64,000 nt of DNA, from contig NC_043009.1 in NCBI RefSeq assembly GCF_006345805.1, positions 26,846,001 through 26,910,000 on the forward strand. The letters are read 5' to 3'. This document shows, in pieces, positions 37,499 through 49,884 of the stretch (positions are counted from its first letter, which is position 1; each line of letters begins with the position of its first letter). The position numbers and the translations under genes are program-made. Source of the stretch: Octopus sinensis. Its lineage: Eukaryota. The notes beneath the pieces were generated by a model. It was not told where the DNA came from. It saw nothing but the letters and a program-made list of their open reading frames with translations, and did not search any database.

Positions 37499-37687
37499 CT
37501 CGCTGAAACGAATCATGATGGGGCCGTGAGAATTTCGAGAGGTGTGCGGTGATCATTCTGACACTCGCATAAGCATATGTGCGCATGAGTAAAAGAGTGG
37601 GTGGTTATGTGTGTGAGTATGTGTGCGTGTATGTGTGTGTGTGTTTGTGTGCGAACGTGTGTAGTGTGTGCGCACGCGCGCGTGTGT

Positions 37688-38143
<456 letters not shown>

Positions 38144-38280
38144 ATGGATATATGGATATATAATTATATAAATGTACATATGTAGTGTGCGTATGTATAT
38201 ATAAATGTATGCATATGTATGTCAGTGTATATGTGTTTATGTATGTGTATGTATAGGGTTAGTGTTCGGGTTGGGGTTTT

Positions 38281-38409
38281 AGGCGCAGGAGTGGCTCTTG
38301 GTAAGCAAGCTGCTTACCAAGCATGCTTCATGGTTCTGGGCCGACCAAAGCCTTGTGAGTGGATTTGGTAGACAGAAACTGAAAGTAGCCCGTCGTATAT
38401 ATGCATATA

Positions 38410-38501
<92 letters not shown>

Positions 38502-38699
38502 GCACATGTGACCGCGTGTGTACCGTTGGCGATTTTTTTCCCTCTGTCTTCCCTTCTCTGGATCTTTCCTTCTCCTATGTTTCCGACGAAGAGCTCCGCG
38601 CGAAACGTTAAACTCTTCTTCTTTCCTGAGCGTCCAATAATACTATATTTGTTCCACGTCCTCGCGTTGTTGTGTTTTTTTGTGCTTTCTTGTTTGGAT

Positions 38700-38737
<38 letters not shown>

Positions 38738-38985
38738 TATATATATATCTGTATGTATGTGTGTGTGTGTATATGTTTGTGTGTCTCTGTACCCCCAACA
38801 TCGCTTGACAACCGATGCTGGTGTGTTTACGTCCCCGTAATCAGCGGTTCGGCAAAAGTCACCGATAGAATAAGTACTAGGCTTACAAAGAATAAGTCCT
38901 GGGGTCGATTTGCTCGACTAAAGGCGGTGCTCCACATGGCCGCAGTCAAATGACTGAAACAAATAAGAGGGTAAGAGAGTAAGAG
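38281..38985 (+). mobile_element. SINE family A with an about 200-bp insertion in its (TA)n tract
   Basis: Head at 38281, body resumes after 38700; insert 38500-38702 carries a hammerhead-like motif. Confidence 0.85.
38579..38613 (+). ncRNA. Minimal type I hammerhead-like motif (variant core)
   Basis: GTTT-CCGACGA-A-GAGC/TCC/GCGC-GAAA-CG-TT-AAAC; U4C change and one stem II mismatch. Confidence 0.5.
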
Positions 38986-39359
38986 ATTATACACACACAT
39001 ACATGGCAACGTGGTTTTTATACTTTGTAATCAACAAGAAAGTCATAGAAATGCACGGTACTTATCAAACCGTGTTTTGATTAAGTGCATATGTACGGAA
39101 CCTTTGATCCTTGAGTCACTTTCTGTCGATTAATCTGCCGTTCAAAGGGAAAAAGATCCTGTCGTTGTTCTCTGTGCACAACACGGTTCGTTATCTGTGG
39201 TTAATCCTTGCATGCTTTGGAGGAGCGCTATTCTCCTTTTCAATTCACAATGCGAGGTGGGAAGGCTGATAGCGTCTAATCTTCTTCACTATCATGACGT
39301 ACCATAAACGTAATTCCTTTCACTCGCTTTTACACAATGTCTTTCGATTCAACTATTAC

Positions 39360-39757
39360 TCTTTGACTCTTTTACTTGTTTCAGTCATTTGACTGTGGCC
39401 ATGCTGGAGCACCGCCTTTACTCGAGCAAATCGACTCCAGGACTTATTCTTTGCAAGCCTAGTACCTTATTCTATGGGTCAGTTTTGCCGAACCGCTAAG
39501 TTACGGGGACGTAAACACACCAGCATCGGTTGTCAAGCGATGTTGGGGGGACAAACACAGACACACAAACACACACACACACACTCACACACACACACAC
39601 ATACATACGATGGGCTTCTTTCAGTGTCCGTCTACCAAATCCACTCACAAGGCTTTGGTCGGTCCGAGGCTATAGTAGAAGACACTTGCCCAAGGTGCTA
39701 CGCAGTGGGACTGAACCCGGAACCATGTGGTTGGTAAGCAAGCTACTTACCACAGCC
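39360..39757 (-). mobile_element. tRNA-derived SINE family A
   Basis: Reverse-complement match to other copies. Confidence 0.88.
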
Positions 39758-39994
39758 TAAATTGTTTATATTTAATTTCTACTCTGTGGCCAACCCCCAC
39801 TTTCAGCCAATAATACACCGTTATTTTTGAAAAACTAATTACCCAATCAGATTTAAATGCTTAATCGTTGATATTTGCAAGTTATCAAATTTCATTATTC
39901 TCTATCATGACAACCATCTGGTGAACAGTCACGTGAAACTGAGTAAGTGTTTGTGAAGTTTTTTCGGCTTTAATAAAATAGTATACATTAAGAC

Positions 39995-40313
39995 TGGTCC
40001 TCCTTCGGTGTCGACGACGAGCGTTCTAGTTGATCCGATCAACGGAACAACCTGCTCGTGAAATTAATGTACAAGTGGTTGAGCACTCCACAGACATGCG
40101 GGGCCTTAATGTAATTCCCAGGAAGATTCAGCGTGACACAGAATGTGATAAAGCTGGCCCTTTGAAATACAGGTAGTGCTCATATTTGTTAGCTGAGTGC
40201 ACTGGAGCAACGTGAAATAATGTGTCTTGCTCAAGGTCACAACGCGCCGCCGGGAATCGAACACACGACTTCACGATCATGAGTCAAATATCTCAACCAC
40301 TAAGCCACGCGCC
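39995..40313 (-). mobile_element. tRNA-derived SINE family B
   Basis: Head GTGGCTTAGTGG...GTTCGATTCCCGG; shared body CAAAGGGCCAGC...GTGTCACGCTGAATC; further copies at 42680-43012(-), 47217-47510(+), 55350-55560(+). Confidence 0.85.
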
Positions 40314-40488
40314 TTCACATACATACATACATACATACATACATACACACGCGCAAGCACACACATATATACATGTATATGCATACAACTAAGTACACAT
40401 CTATTTATCTGTCTGTCTGCCCGTCTGTCTCGCTGTGTATGTATATATACATACATACACACATACATGCATGCACACATACATGCAT

Positions 40489-40546
<58 letters not shown>

Positions 40547-40718
40547 ATATTATTACCGAAATGAGATGGTCAATCCTCATTACACACCTTGGTATTTTGG
40601 GCTTCAAACAAAGTTTTAAATTTTGATTCACCCGAAGAAAACAGTTTTTTTACATGTTGTAATCGAATTATTTATCAATAAAAAAAACGCGTTTAAACCA
40701 GTTTTAGTGAACCTCAGC

Positions 40719-40783
<65 letters not shown>

Positions 40784-41379
40784 TGCGTGTGTGTGTGTGT
40801 ATGTATGTATGTATGAGTTTTATTAAAGCAACCGAATAATTGTCACATATATTAGATAAATTCCTCTATTTACATAATATCGAAGTCTCATTCATTCATT
40901 ATATATATATATATATATATATATATGCTATAATAAATGTATGTATGTATGTATGCATGTATGTGTATATATATATATATCTCATCTCCCCCTCCCCCCT
41001 CCACTCACCTCATCTCACCCCACCCCTCCTTCTTTCCTTCTCCCCCTCTCCCCCTCCTCACTCTCACCTTCCCCCTTCTCCCTCCCCTCATCTCTCCTCT
41101 CCTCCCCTCCCCTCTCCCCCTCATCTCCTCTCTCTACACTACACCATACGACATTTCACATCACATCATACATACATACACACGTCCAGACCTCTCATAC
41201 GCACTACATACTCTCTCATACACACACACACCCTTATGTTGGGGCGTGGTCATTTGACCCTGTTATCTCCCCTATTCTCGCTCTTGCGTCTCACGTTTGA
41301 CTTCTGGCCGGAATCAGATTGCCATGTTGATTCGCTTGTTTGATTCTCCTTGTTTCTCTCCGTGTTTCTTTTCTGTGTA

Positions 41380-41417
41380 TCTTTCTGTTGAAGAGCGTAG
41401 GCTCGAAACGTAAAAGA
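41380..41417 (+). ncRNA. Minimal type I hammerhead-like motif (variant core)
   Basis: TCTTT-CTGTTGA-A-GAGC/GTAG/GCTC-GAAA-CG-TA-AAAGA; A6U change. Confidence 0.58.
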
Positions 41418-41421
41418 CTTG

Positions 41422-42402
41422 GGATCTTTTCTTTTTGAAGGCCAGATTTTCCTAGTTAACTAAAAAATTTGAAACTTCGTATACTGGTAGAATGTGTCAA
41501 AAGAAAACATTATTGTAAACAAAATTGAAAACAAAATTGTAATTCGTAACTTTAACGTAGTTTAATTTTAAGAATTTTAACCAATGAAATCGCAGCATTC
41601 GAGCTCAAATTATTTACCTCTTCTTCTGTCTTCTACATGTGCTAGAAATAACAGCTATATCTCTTAAATCGATTAATTTCGTCGCCCAATAAACATATTA
41701 ACGATATTATTTGAATATTTTCTTTCTTTTTTTTTTACCGAAAAGGCTTCTTCCATGGTTTTGAAGGGCCAGAAACAACAAAAACAAAACAATAATATGC
41801 CTAAATCGGTCTCGAGTTTGCGGGTGGAGTGTTAGTAGTATTGTAAAAATTTGCGAAATATTTTTTCATAAAATGATGCCCCCAGCTTGTCGGAAGCTGT
41901 GATATAAATTGGGAAAAAAATCCTCGACACCAGTGCGTAATTGGTACTTAATTTATCGACCCCGAAACGATGAAACATTGATCCCACCTTCTGTGCAAAT
42001 TTGTTGCGGCAAGTGGCAAAACACGAACGTGTATTTTTGCTTGTGTGCGTATGTGTGTGTATGTATATGTCCGTTTGTATGTGTGTGTACGCTTATATAT
42101 TAATTACTATGTGCTTGTGCAAATGTGCGTGTGTGTGTGTCGTGTGTGTCGTGCGTCTGCTATATTTCTTTATCAATATCGATAACGCAGCAATGTTGGG
42201 ATTTCATTGGTTAAAATTCGAAGATATTGGGATTTCATTGGTTAAAATTCGTAAAAATTAAACTACATTTAAGTTACAAATTACAATTTTGTTTTCAATT
42301 TTGTTTACAATAATGTTTTCTTTTGACACATTCTACCAGTATACAAAGTTTCAAATTTTTTTAGTTAACTAGGAAAATCTGGCCTTCAAAAAGAAAAGAT
42401 CC
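41422..42402. mobile_element. Foldback DNA element, GGATC-ended family
   Basis: About 170-bp inverted arms; perfect 8-bp TSD AAGACTTG (41414-41421, 42403-42410). Confidence 0.92.
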
Positions 42403-42679
42403 AAGACTTGTTTTATTTATATTCCTGAGCGCCATACTAATACAATTGTTTGTTTGTATCCCACCTGCCTTCGTCTTTTGTTTATTTTCATAAAGCTTCC
42501 CGTTATATATATATATATATATATATTGTTGTTTTGTGACCCCTTCGGTCATGAATGACCAAGGGATTGCACCTAGATAGTTACCCTCCCAGGCACAAGT
42601 CTGGGCAAGGTTGTTTATGGAAGACCAGCAGTCGCCCACGCATGCCAGCCTCCCCTCTCCACACCACCGATGTTATCCA

Positions 42680-43012
42680 GTGACGTCGCATCTCATTTGT
42701 TTAATGTGCAAGTGGCTGAGCACTCCATAGATACGTGTACCCTTAACGTAGTTCTCGGGGAGATTCAGCGTGACACAGAGTGTGACAAGGCTGGCCCTTT
42801 GAAATACAGGTACAACAGAAACAGGAAGAAAGAGTGAGAGAAAGTTGTGGTGAAGGAGTACAGCAGGGTTCGTCACCCTCCTCCTGTCGGAGCCTCGTGC
42901 AGCTTTTAGGTCTTTTTGCTCAATAAACACTCACAATGCCCGGTCTGGGAATCGAAACCGCGATCCTACGACTGCGAGTCCGCTGCTCTAACCACTGGGT
43001 CATTGCACCTCC
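42680..43012 (-). mobile_element. tRNA-derived SINE family B
   Basis: Matches 39995-40313 and 47217-47510. Confidence 0.85.
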
Positions 43013-43016
43013 ACAC

Positions 43017-43079
<63 letters not shown>

Positions 43080-43414
43080 TACATACATACATACACGAAA
43101 GAAAATTCAGAAAATGGAGATGTAACATTAGCATAATTTATTAACTTCAAAACGTCCCACATATTCTCCTCCAGTCTATTTTTAGCCTTCCCTCTCGTCT
43201 TCATTGTTTACGTTCTTATCATTCATAACCTAGTTTCATTTGCCCCCTTATTACAGTGAAGGAAAATTTGATAACTTTAGAAGTATTTGACAATCTGATA
43301 AACGTATACCATTATCTCACGTTCATGAGATACCCTTGCCACTCAGCGTTCCATACAAATAGACCAAATATAACAGTGTCGATAAATGGTGGTGCGTGGT
43401 ATTATTGGTGGTAA

Positions 43415-43502
43415 TGGAAGATGAGTAGGTAGTTTTATTGGTGGTAATGGGAGATGAGTAGGTAGTTTTATTGGTGGTAATGGGAGATGAGTAGGTAGTT
43501 TC
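43415..43502. repeat. 33-bp tandem repeat, about 2.7 units
   Basis: TTATTGGTGGTAATGGRAGATGAGTAGGTAGTT repeated. Confidence 0.9.
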
Positions 43503-43712
43503 AGTAGGGAGACGTTCACCTTATCAGAGGAAATATACTGTCGTTTGAAATACGATATTCCAATGTTGCGCATAAGCATCAACTAATACCCCTGATATTA
43601 AATGACGTCCTAACACAAACTGTATACAAATTAGTAACCTCCAGGTCATGAAGCTACTGAATATATAAGCAAATTGTCAGCTTGTTTCTCTAGGATTGAT
43701 CAAATTGATGTA

Positions 43713-43769
43713 GATGCGTCTGATGAGAATCCAATAAGATTCGAAAATCAATGGAGGTTGTTCATCATT
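43713..43769 (+). ncRNA. Hammerhead-like motif with intact core and stem II, imperfect stems I and III
   Basis: CTGATGA-GAATC/CAATAA/GATTC-GAAA at 43720-43746. Confidence 0.5.
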
Positions 43770-43867
43770 TTTTCCACTCTGCGGAGATTAGCTAAACTAG
43801 CCCTGTTCATGAATCTTATATGGGTTATATATGTATGAAATTCTCGGCCCTTGAGTCTCTCTGTTAC

Positions 43868-44517
43868 TTCTTACGGTTATTAATATAATAGGAACTCTAT
43901 TGGGTCTGTTCAGTTTGGCTCACAGATTTTTTAATTAATTTAAAAAAACTAAACTGTTTTAAACTTCGTATACTGGTGTAATTTCTCACGCAGAACACGG
44001 TTTACTTTGAACATTTTTGACAAAATTTCGTATTTTAGAAGCTATTTCGTGTTAAATTTGTCGCATTTTGGGTAATTTTAACCAATCAACGACGTGTGTT
44101 CAGTTGAAGAAAACTACTGCTATTTGCGATAGTAATCGAAGAGGAACAATATGCAACACAGGCAGTAAACAAAAAACAAAAACAAAAGATAAATAAAAGA
44201 GAACAGAGTGGCGACATTTAGTAGCGATGACCCGGAAGTTGTTCCTCTTCGATTACTATCGCAAATAGCAGAAGTTTTCTTCAACTGAACACACGTCGTT
44301 GATTGGTTAAAATTACCCAAAGACGACAACTTTAACATGCAATAACTTCGAAAATACGAAATTTTGTCAAAAATGTTCAAAGTAAACCGTGTTCTGCCTG
44401 AAAAATTAGACCAGTATACGAAGTTTCAAACTGTTTAGTTAAAAAAATAATTAAAAAATCTGTGAGCCAAACTGAACAGACCCAATAGAGCTCCTATTCT
44501 ATTAATAACCGTCAGAA
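43868..44517. mobile_element. Foldback element related to the GGATC family
   Basis: About 280-bp inverted arms around a roughly 90-bp spacer; shares AAACTTCGTATACTGGT and TTTTAACCAATC; different termini. Confidence 0.85.
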
Positions 44518-44519
44518 CA

Positions 44520-45190
44520 AGGGCTGGAAACATAGGCGTTTTCTGAACATCAGGTTACGTGGATTGGATGTTATTGTTGCTACTGAAACCAAGTTAAGTG
44601 GATCAAGAGACTTACTCCCACTCCTAAATTGTTATGGGAAATTTATTTCTTCATACCATACTCTGGGTGGAAGAGTGTCCACAGTTTCATCTGGTCAGCT
44701 ACAGTGATCACAAGCTTGTGTCCTGTAAGCTCAATATAGAGAGGCCACATAGGCAAGGCTCCGGCTACTGGAAACTCAAAACGTCCCTTTTGGCGAATGA
44801 GTACAGGAGCCAGTTTAAGTTGTTAGAGCAGAGAGCATTAACCAATACCATTATAAATAATAAATGGTGGTATGCTCTCAAATGAGGCATAAAATTTGAG
44901 TCTATTAGATATAGCATAGGATTAGTGGATAAGGAAACAAAGAAAGAGAGAGCACTAGTTAAGGCCCTAGAAGAGGCAAAGTGGCAGTTGCGAAAGAGGT
45001 TATATGGACGACCAGAATGAAAGGATTTACAACCGGCACCTTCATCTCTGGCCCTGCATTGGTAGATTTTTTCATTTTTCATCTGAAAAGGAAAATAGAG
45101 CTGGAGAGGAGATGCCTGTCAGCTATTGTGTTTTGGAAAAGATGGAAGAGTAGGGTACGGATGTTACGAATGAAAGTGCCCACATGAATA
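44520..45190 (+). pseudogene. Internally deleted Tx1-family LINE (endonuclease piece joined to ORF2 C-terminus)
   Basis: DVIVATETKL and SDHKLV...GYWKL, followed by KEVIWTTRMKG...FISGPALVDFF, homologous to 19340-19639. Confidence 0.8.
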
Positions 45191-45599
45191 TCCCATAAGA
45201 GATTTACCTAACGTATCAGTGGTGGAACGGGGCTTGTGGGGTCGAAGCAGAACCCGTCCCCCACTTCATTGTTTCATGTCTTTGTTTGCTCAGACATTCG
45301 ATTTACCTTGTCATTAATTTTTTAAAGGTTTTCAACTCTATGTAAATCATCTGAACCCGCCAGATTGTATTGTTCCATCTTTGTTAACTCCTAGAGGGTG
45401 ATAAAAATTTTCTCTACTGCAAAATTCAATGGCTTTCGAGACGGAACAATGCTTCTACATGCTAATCATTAAAACGTAGGAAAAACGGCTTTGAAGTATT
45501 TGTTAAAAGTCGGTACATTCTGAGTTCAAGTCCCATCGAGGTCAGCTTTGCTTTCCCTCCTTTCGGGAATAAGTACTGGGGTCGATTTGAACCACTAAC

Positions 45600-46063
45600 C
45601 ACGCACAAGTATAAGGTTATGCATGTGTTATCACACAAGATGGCGTTCGAGACGTTTTGTGAGGTCGAACCACTGACTGCGAGATTCCTGTCTTCACTGG
45701 CAACTTGCCTAGCAGAGGTAACTGGAGAAGCTCGTGAGGGCGCTTGGTTGTTCCAGCGTATCAGCCTTGCCATCACCCGTGGCAACGCTGCAAGCGTGCT
45801 GGCGTGCCACAATAGGCACTAGAGAGGTTTCCCAGCGCCCCAACTTTTCAACCTAAGGTGTTGAATTGTTTTTTTTACTTTTTCTTGTATGTTTTTTCAG
45901 TTGTGTTCTCTGTTTCGTTAATTTTTCTGAAAAAAAATTTTTTTTTTTTTTCTAATTCATGCATTTGTTATAGAGTCTAATTACAAGACTGTTCTTTTAC
46001 CATGTCTTATTGCAAACCGCATTCATAAAGTTCAATAATGTACTCTTAAAAAAAAAAAAAAAA
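45600..46063 (+). mobile_element. 5'-truncated CRE-like LINE with 3' UTR and poly(A)
   Basis: KY...FETF...WLFQRISLAITRGNAASVL* then a T-rich UTR, AATAA and A16 at 46048-46063. Confidence 0.78.
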
Positions 46064-46775
46064 TTCAAAACTGATGGGAGATAACTCCCATAAATATTTG
46101 TGTGTAGTTGTGCAGTTATGTTTCTTGCGCGCACCGTGAGACTTCAAACAACAATGAAGGGATGCGAAGCAACGATTGAGTCAAGGCCTTAACTAGAATG
46201 ATTGCGAAGTGAAAATTATTACTTCTAATCATTATATTGAGGGCTTGTAGTGTGGTGATACATTTCCCAAGAACTGGATCTGAAATTCAGCTTTAGTTTA
46301 AACCCTCAGTCCCAAATATTTAATGAATTTGATACGCTTCTCGTCTTTTTTCGCTTGTAAAATAGGATGAGGATATTTTTTCGTAAATATATATATCAAT
46401 ATATAGACATATATAAACGTATATACACATAGATTCCTTATGAAACACATCAGTGTTGCAACTTCCGATTTTTTCCGCACGTATAAAGTAGTAAATATCA
46501 ATTTATACGAATATAAAAACAAATATTTATTTACATTTCCCCCACAAAAAAAAAACAAACAAACAAAAAAATCCCCCAAAACAATGGATATGAAACAATG
46601 AATGTTACAGTTTCCTATTTTTCTTAAAATTAATAACAAATTTACATATCTGTTTATCTACATATCAAATTTACATATCTGTTTATATATATATATATAT
46701 CTGTAAAAAAAAAAACAACAACATTTATTTATAATTTCTTTTCAAAGGATATTTAAAACGAAAGGATAATAGAAG

Positions 46776-47171
46776 ATGCATTTCGACGACGTATTAAGAA
46801 AACTTGGGCAGTTCGGACGATATCAGAAGCTGCAGTTTCTTCTCATCTGTTTCCCAGTAATGATATCATCATGGGTTCTCTTCAGTATGGTTTTCGTGAT
46901 CACCGATCAGCAATTCTACTGCAATGTCCCACCATCCAACGACACGTTTTCATTAAATCGTAACATAAGCCACAGATCTTACGCCCGGATGGTCACTAAG
47001 ACAAGTAATAAATGCAGCCAATACCTGCCGTCCGATGTGGACCAATATCTCAAGGACCACGACTACAATATATCCGACAAAATGTTAGCCAACGCAAATC
47101 TCAGTACTATCGATTGCAGCTATGGGTACATCTATGAAGATCCAAATCCACGAGATACAGTAATTACAGAG
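46776..47171 (+). CDS. SLC22: SLC22-family organic cation/anion transporter, exon 1 (132 codons)
   Basis: MHFDDVLRKLGQFGRYQKLQF N-terminus typical of SLC22/Orct; TM1 followed by a Cys- and N-glycosylation-site-containing loop ending TVITE; GT donor (GAG|GTAAAC) at 47172, phase 0. Confidence 0.93.
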
Positions 47172-47216
47172 GTAAACTATGTATATATTTATATGTGTGT
47201 TTACGTATATATACAG

Positions 47217-47510
47217 TGGGGGCACAATGGCCCAGTGGTTATGGCATCGGACCGGCGGTCGTAGGATCGCGATTTCGATTCCCAGACCGGGCGTTGTGAG
47301 TGTTTATTGACGAAAACACGTAAACTTTTCTGTACTCTTTTACCACAACTTTCTGTCACTCTTTCTTCCTGTTTCTGTGTCACACTGAAGGGTACGTTAA
47401 GAGTATGCTTGTCTCTGGAGTGCTCAGCCACTTGCATGTTAATTTCACGAGCAGACTGTTCTGTTGATCTGATCAACTGGAACCTTCGTCATCGCAACCG
47501 ACCGAGTGTC
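47217..47510 (+). mobile_element. tRNA-derived SINE family B in SLC22 intron 1
   Basis: GCACAATGGCCCAGTGG...TTTCGATTCCCAGACCGGG head, about 45 nt after the exon 1 donor. Confidence 0.85.
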
Positions 47511-48630
47511 ACATATAAACAAAGATATCTATGGTTCTTTTCCTGCTCGATTATTTTTGTTTGTTTGTCCCAGTAGAGGTTTCACTACTGTTCATGTATG
47601 TGTGTGTGCAATGGTTTTTGGGTTTCGTTTTGTGTTATTTAGTATTTTATATAAGTGCACGATATTTTTTTTTTTTTTATTACGTGCGAGTGGTTAAGAA
47701 GTTCGCTTCGTAACCTCTCGGTCCCAAGGTTGATCCTATCAAGCGGCCTAGTGTTTTAATAATTGTTTACGGTTTTATATAAAGAAAAAAAATAAAGGAT
47801 CAGGCGTGGCTGTGGGGTAAGTTCCTTTCCGGGTTCAGCCCCATTGCGTGGGACCTTGGGCGAGTGTCTCTTAATATAGTCCCGAGCCGATCAAAGCCTT
47901 GTGAATGGATTTGGTAGACAGAAACTGAAAGAAGGCCGTTCTGTGTGTGTGTGTGTGTGAGACCGCTTGACGACCGGTGTTGATGTGTTTACGTTCCCGT
48001 AATGTAGCAGTTCGGCAAAACTGACGATGGAATAAATCCCAGACTTTAAAAATAATAAAGTACTGGGGTCGATTCTTTCGAGGCAGTGCTTCAGCATGGC
48101 AACACTGTATTGATTGAAACAAGTAAACGATAGAAGATATTTTGAGGTTTTCACGTTCCGAGTTCAAATTCCGCCGAGGCCGTCTTTGCCTTTCATCCTT
48201 TCGGGGTCGATAAATTAAGTACCAGTTGCGTACTGGGGTCTATCTAATCGACTGGCCCCCTCCCCCAAAATTTCGGGCCTTGTGCCTAGAGTAGAAAATA
48301 TTTTGAGGTTTTCGATCACACTGGAGACATCTCAGTGTAATTAGATGTAAACAAAGCAGGGACTTCGCTGTACATTCCAGAATAATGACATAGATTTACT
48401 AAATAACTGTTGATAACTAGATTACTAAATAGATAACTAAATAACTGTTATTTATAAATAACTGTTGTAGAAGATTGCATACAGATGACCAATGTCTTGG
48501 GAATGAAATTTGGTTGATCGAAAGTACGTGGAAGCCCCGTGTATATGAACGAATGAATGAATAAATGAATTTGTGAGCGTGTGCGTCCGTCCATTGTTGT
48601 CTTACATGAGAACATTAATATATATATATA

Positions 48631-49026
48631 CTAGCAGTATCGCCCGGCGTTGCTCGGGTTTGTAAGGGAAATAACTATATAAGCATTTTTAGAGAGTTAT
48701 AGCCAAAAAGTAGCAAAAAAATGAATTAAAAATGGAAAAAAAATGATGGTAAATTTTTTTAAAATCGTTGATTCATCGTAGACATTTTTAGAGAGTTACT
48801 TCCCTTATATAATAACGAAAAAATGCATTAAAATGGAAAAAATGATGGTAATTTTTTTTTTAAATCGTAGACTCATCGTAGACGCGCGCTAATACCCAGA
48901 AGGGCTCGATATGAATCACGACTATAAGATACCCGGTTTTGGTTAAACTGCACCGCAAAATGTGGGAGTAGTTAGGAATCTAAATCGTAGGAGACAGACA
49001 CACAACCTTACTTTTATATATAAAGA
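48631..49026 (-). mobile_element. Non-autonomous Helitron (396 bp)
   Basis: A|TC...CTAG|T termini and 3' hairpin CCCGAGCAACGCCGGG. Confidence 0.93.
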
Positions 49027-49195
49027 TATATCTATATATATAATTACTGTTTTATAACATATTTTATAAACAATAAAATATGATATTTTAGAATTATTCA
49101 AATTACATTGGATACAATAAACAACGACTTAAGGTACAAACGACACGACAATGTTTGCGAAAACTCTAAAGAATCGTGTTTTATTGTTTATGAAA

Positions 49196-49589
49196 TCTTT
49201 ATATATAAAAGTGAAGTTGTGTGTCTGTCTCCTACGATTTAGATTCCTAACTACTCCCACATTTTGCGGTGCAGTTTAACCAAAACCGGGTATCTTATAG
49301 TCGTGATTCATATCGAGCCCTTCTGGGTATTAGCGCGCGTCTACGATGAGTCTACGATTTAAAAAAAAATACCATAATTTTTTCCATTTTAATGCATTTT
49401 TTCGCTATTATATAAGGGAAGTAACTCTCTAAAAATGTCTACAATGTGTCAACGATTAAAAAAAAAATTACCATCATTTTTTTCCCATTTTTAATGCATT
49501 TTTTTGCTATTTTTTGGCTATAACTCTCTAAAAATGGTTATATAGTTATTTCCCTTACAAACCCGAGCAACGCCGGGCGATACTGCTAG
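49196..49589 (+). mobile_element. Non-autonomous Helitron (394 bp)
   Basis: A|TC...CTAG|T termini; near reverse complement of 48631-49026. Confidence 0.93.
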
Positions 49590-49884
49590 TATGCTATAAA
49601 ACAGTGATTAAGTCATTTTATCTTAGTAATTACGTTCTCCCTCATTTGCTCATAAAGTATTATTTGCATTACACATTTAGAATGCCTGCAAAAGTTTTAG
49701 GATGTGCTGTTTTATGACTTAAAAGATCTACCATAAAACGGTCATTAACTCAATTTAATCAATCTTTGTAGTAATTTACGTAAAATGATAATTAATTTGT
49801 AAACTGTGTGAAGAAGAAAGTAGCATATCGTTTCTTTGTGGTTCCTTTTGGATTGTGCCAGAGGTTGTTGCTTACATAAGTAAA

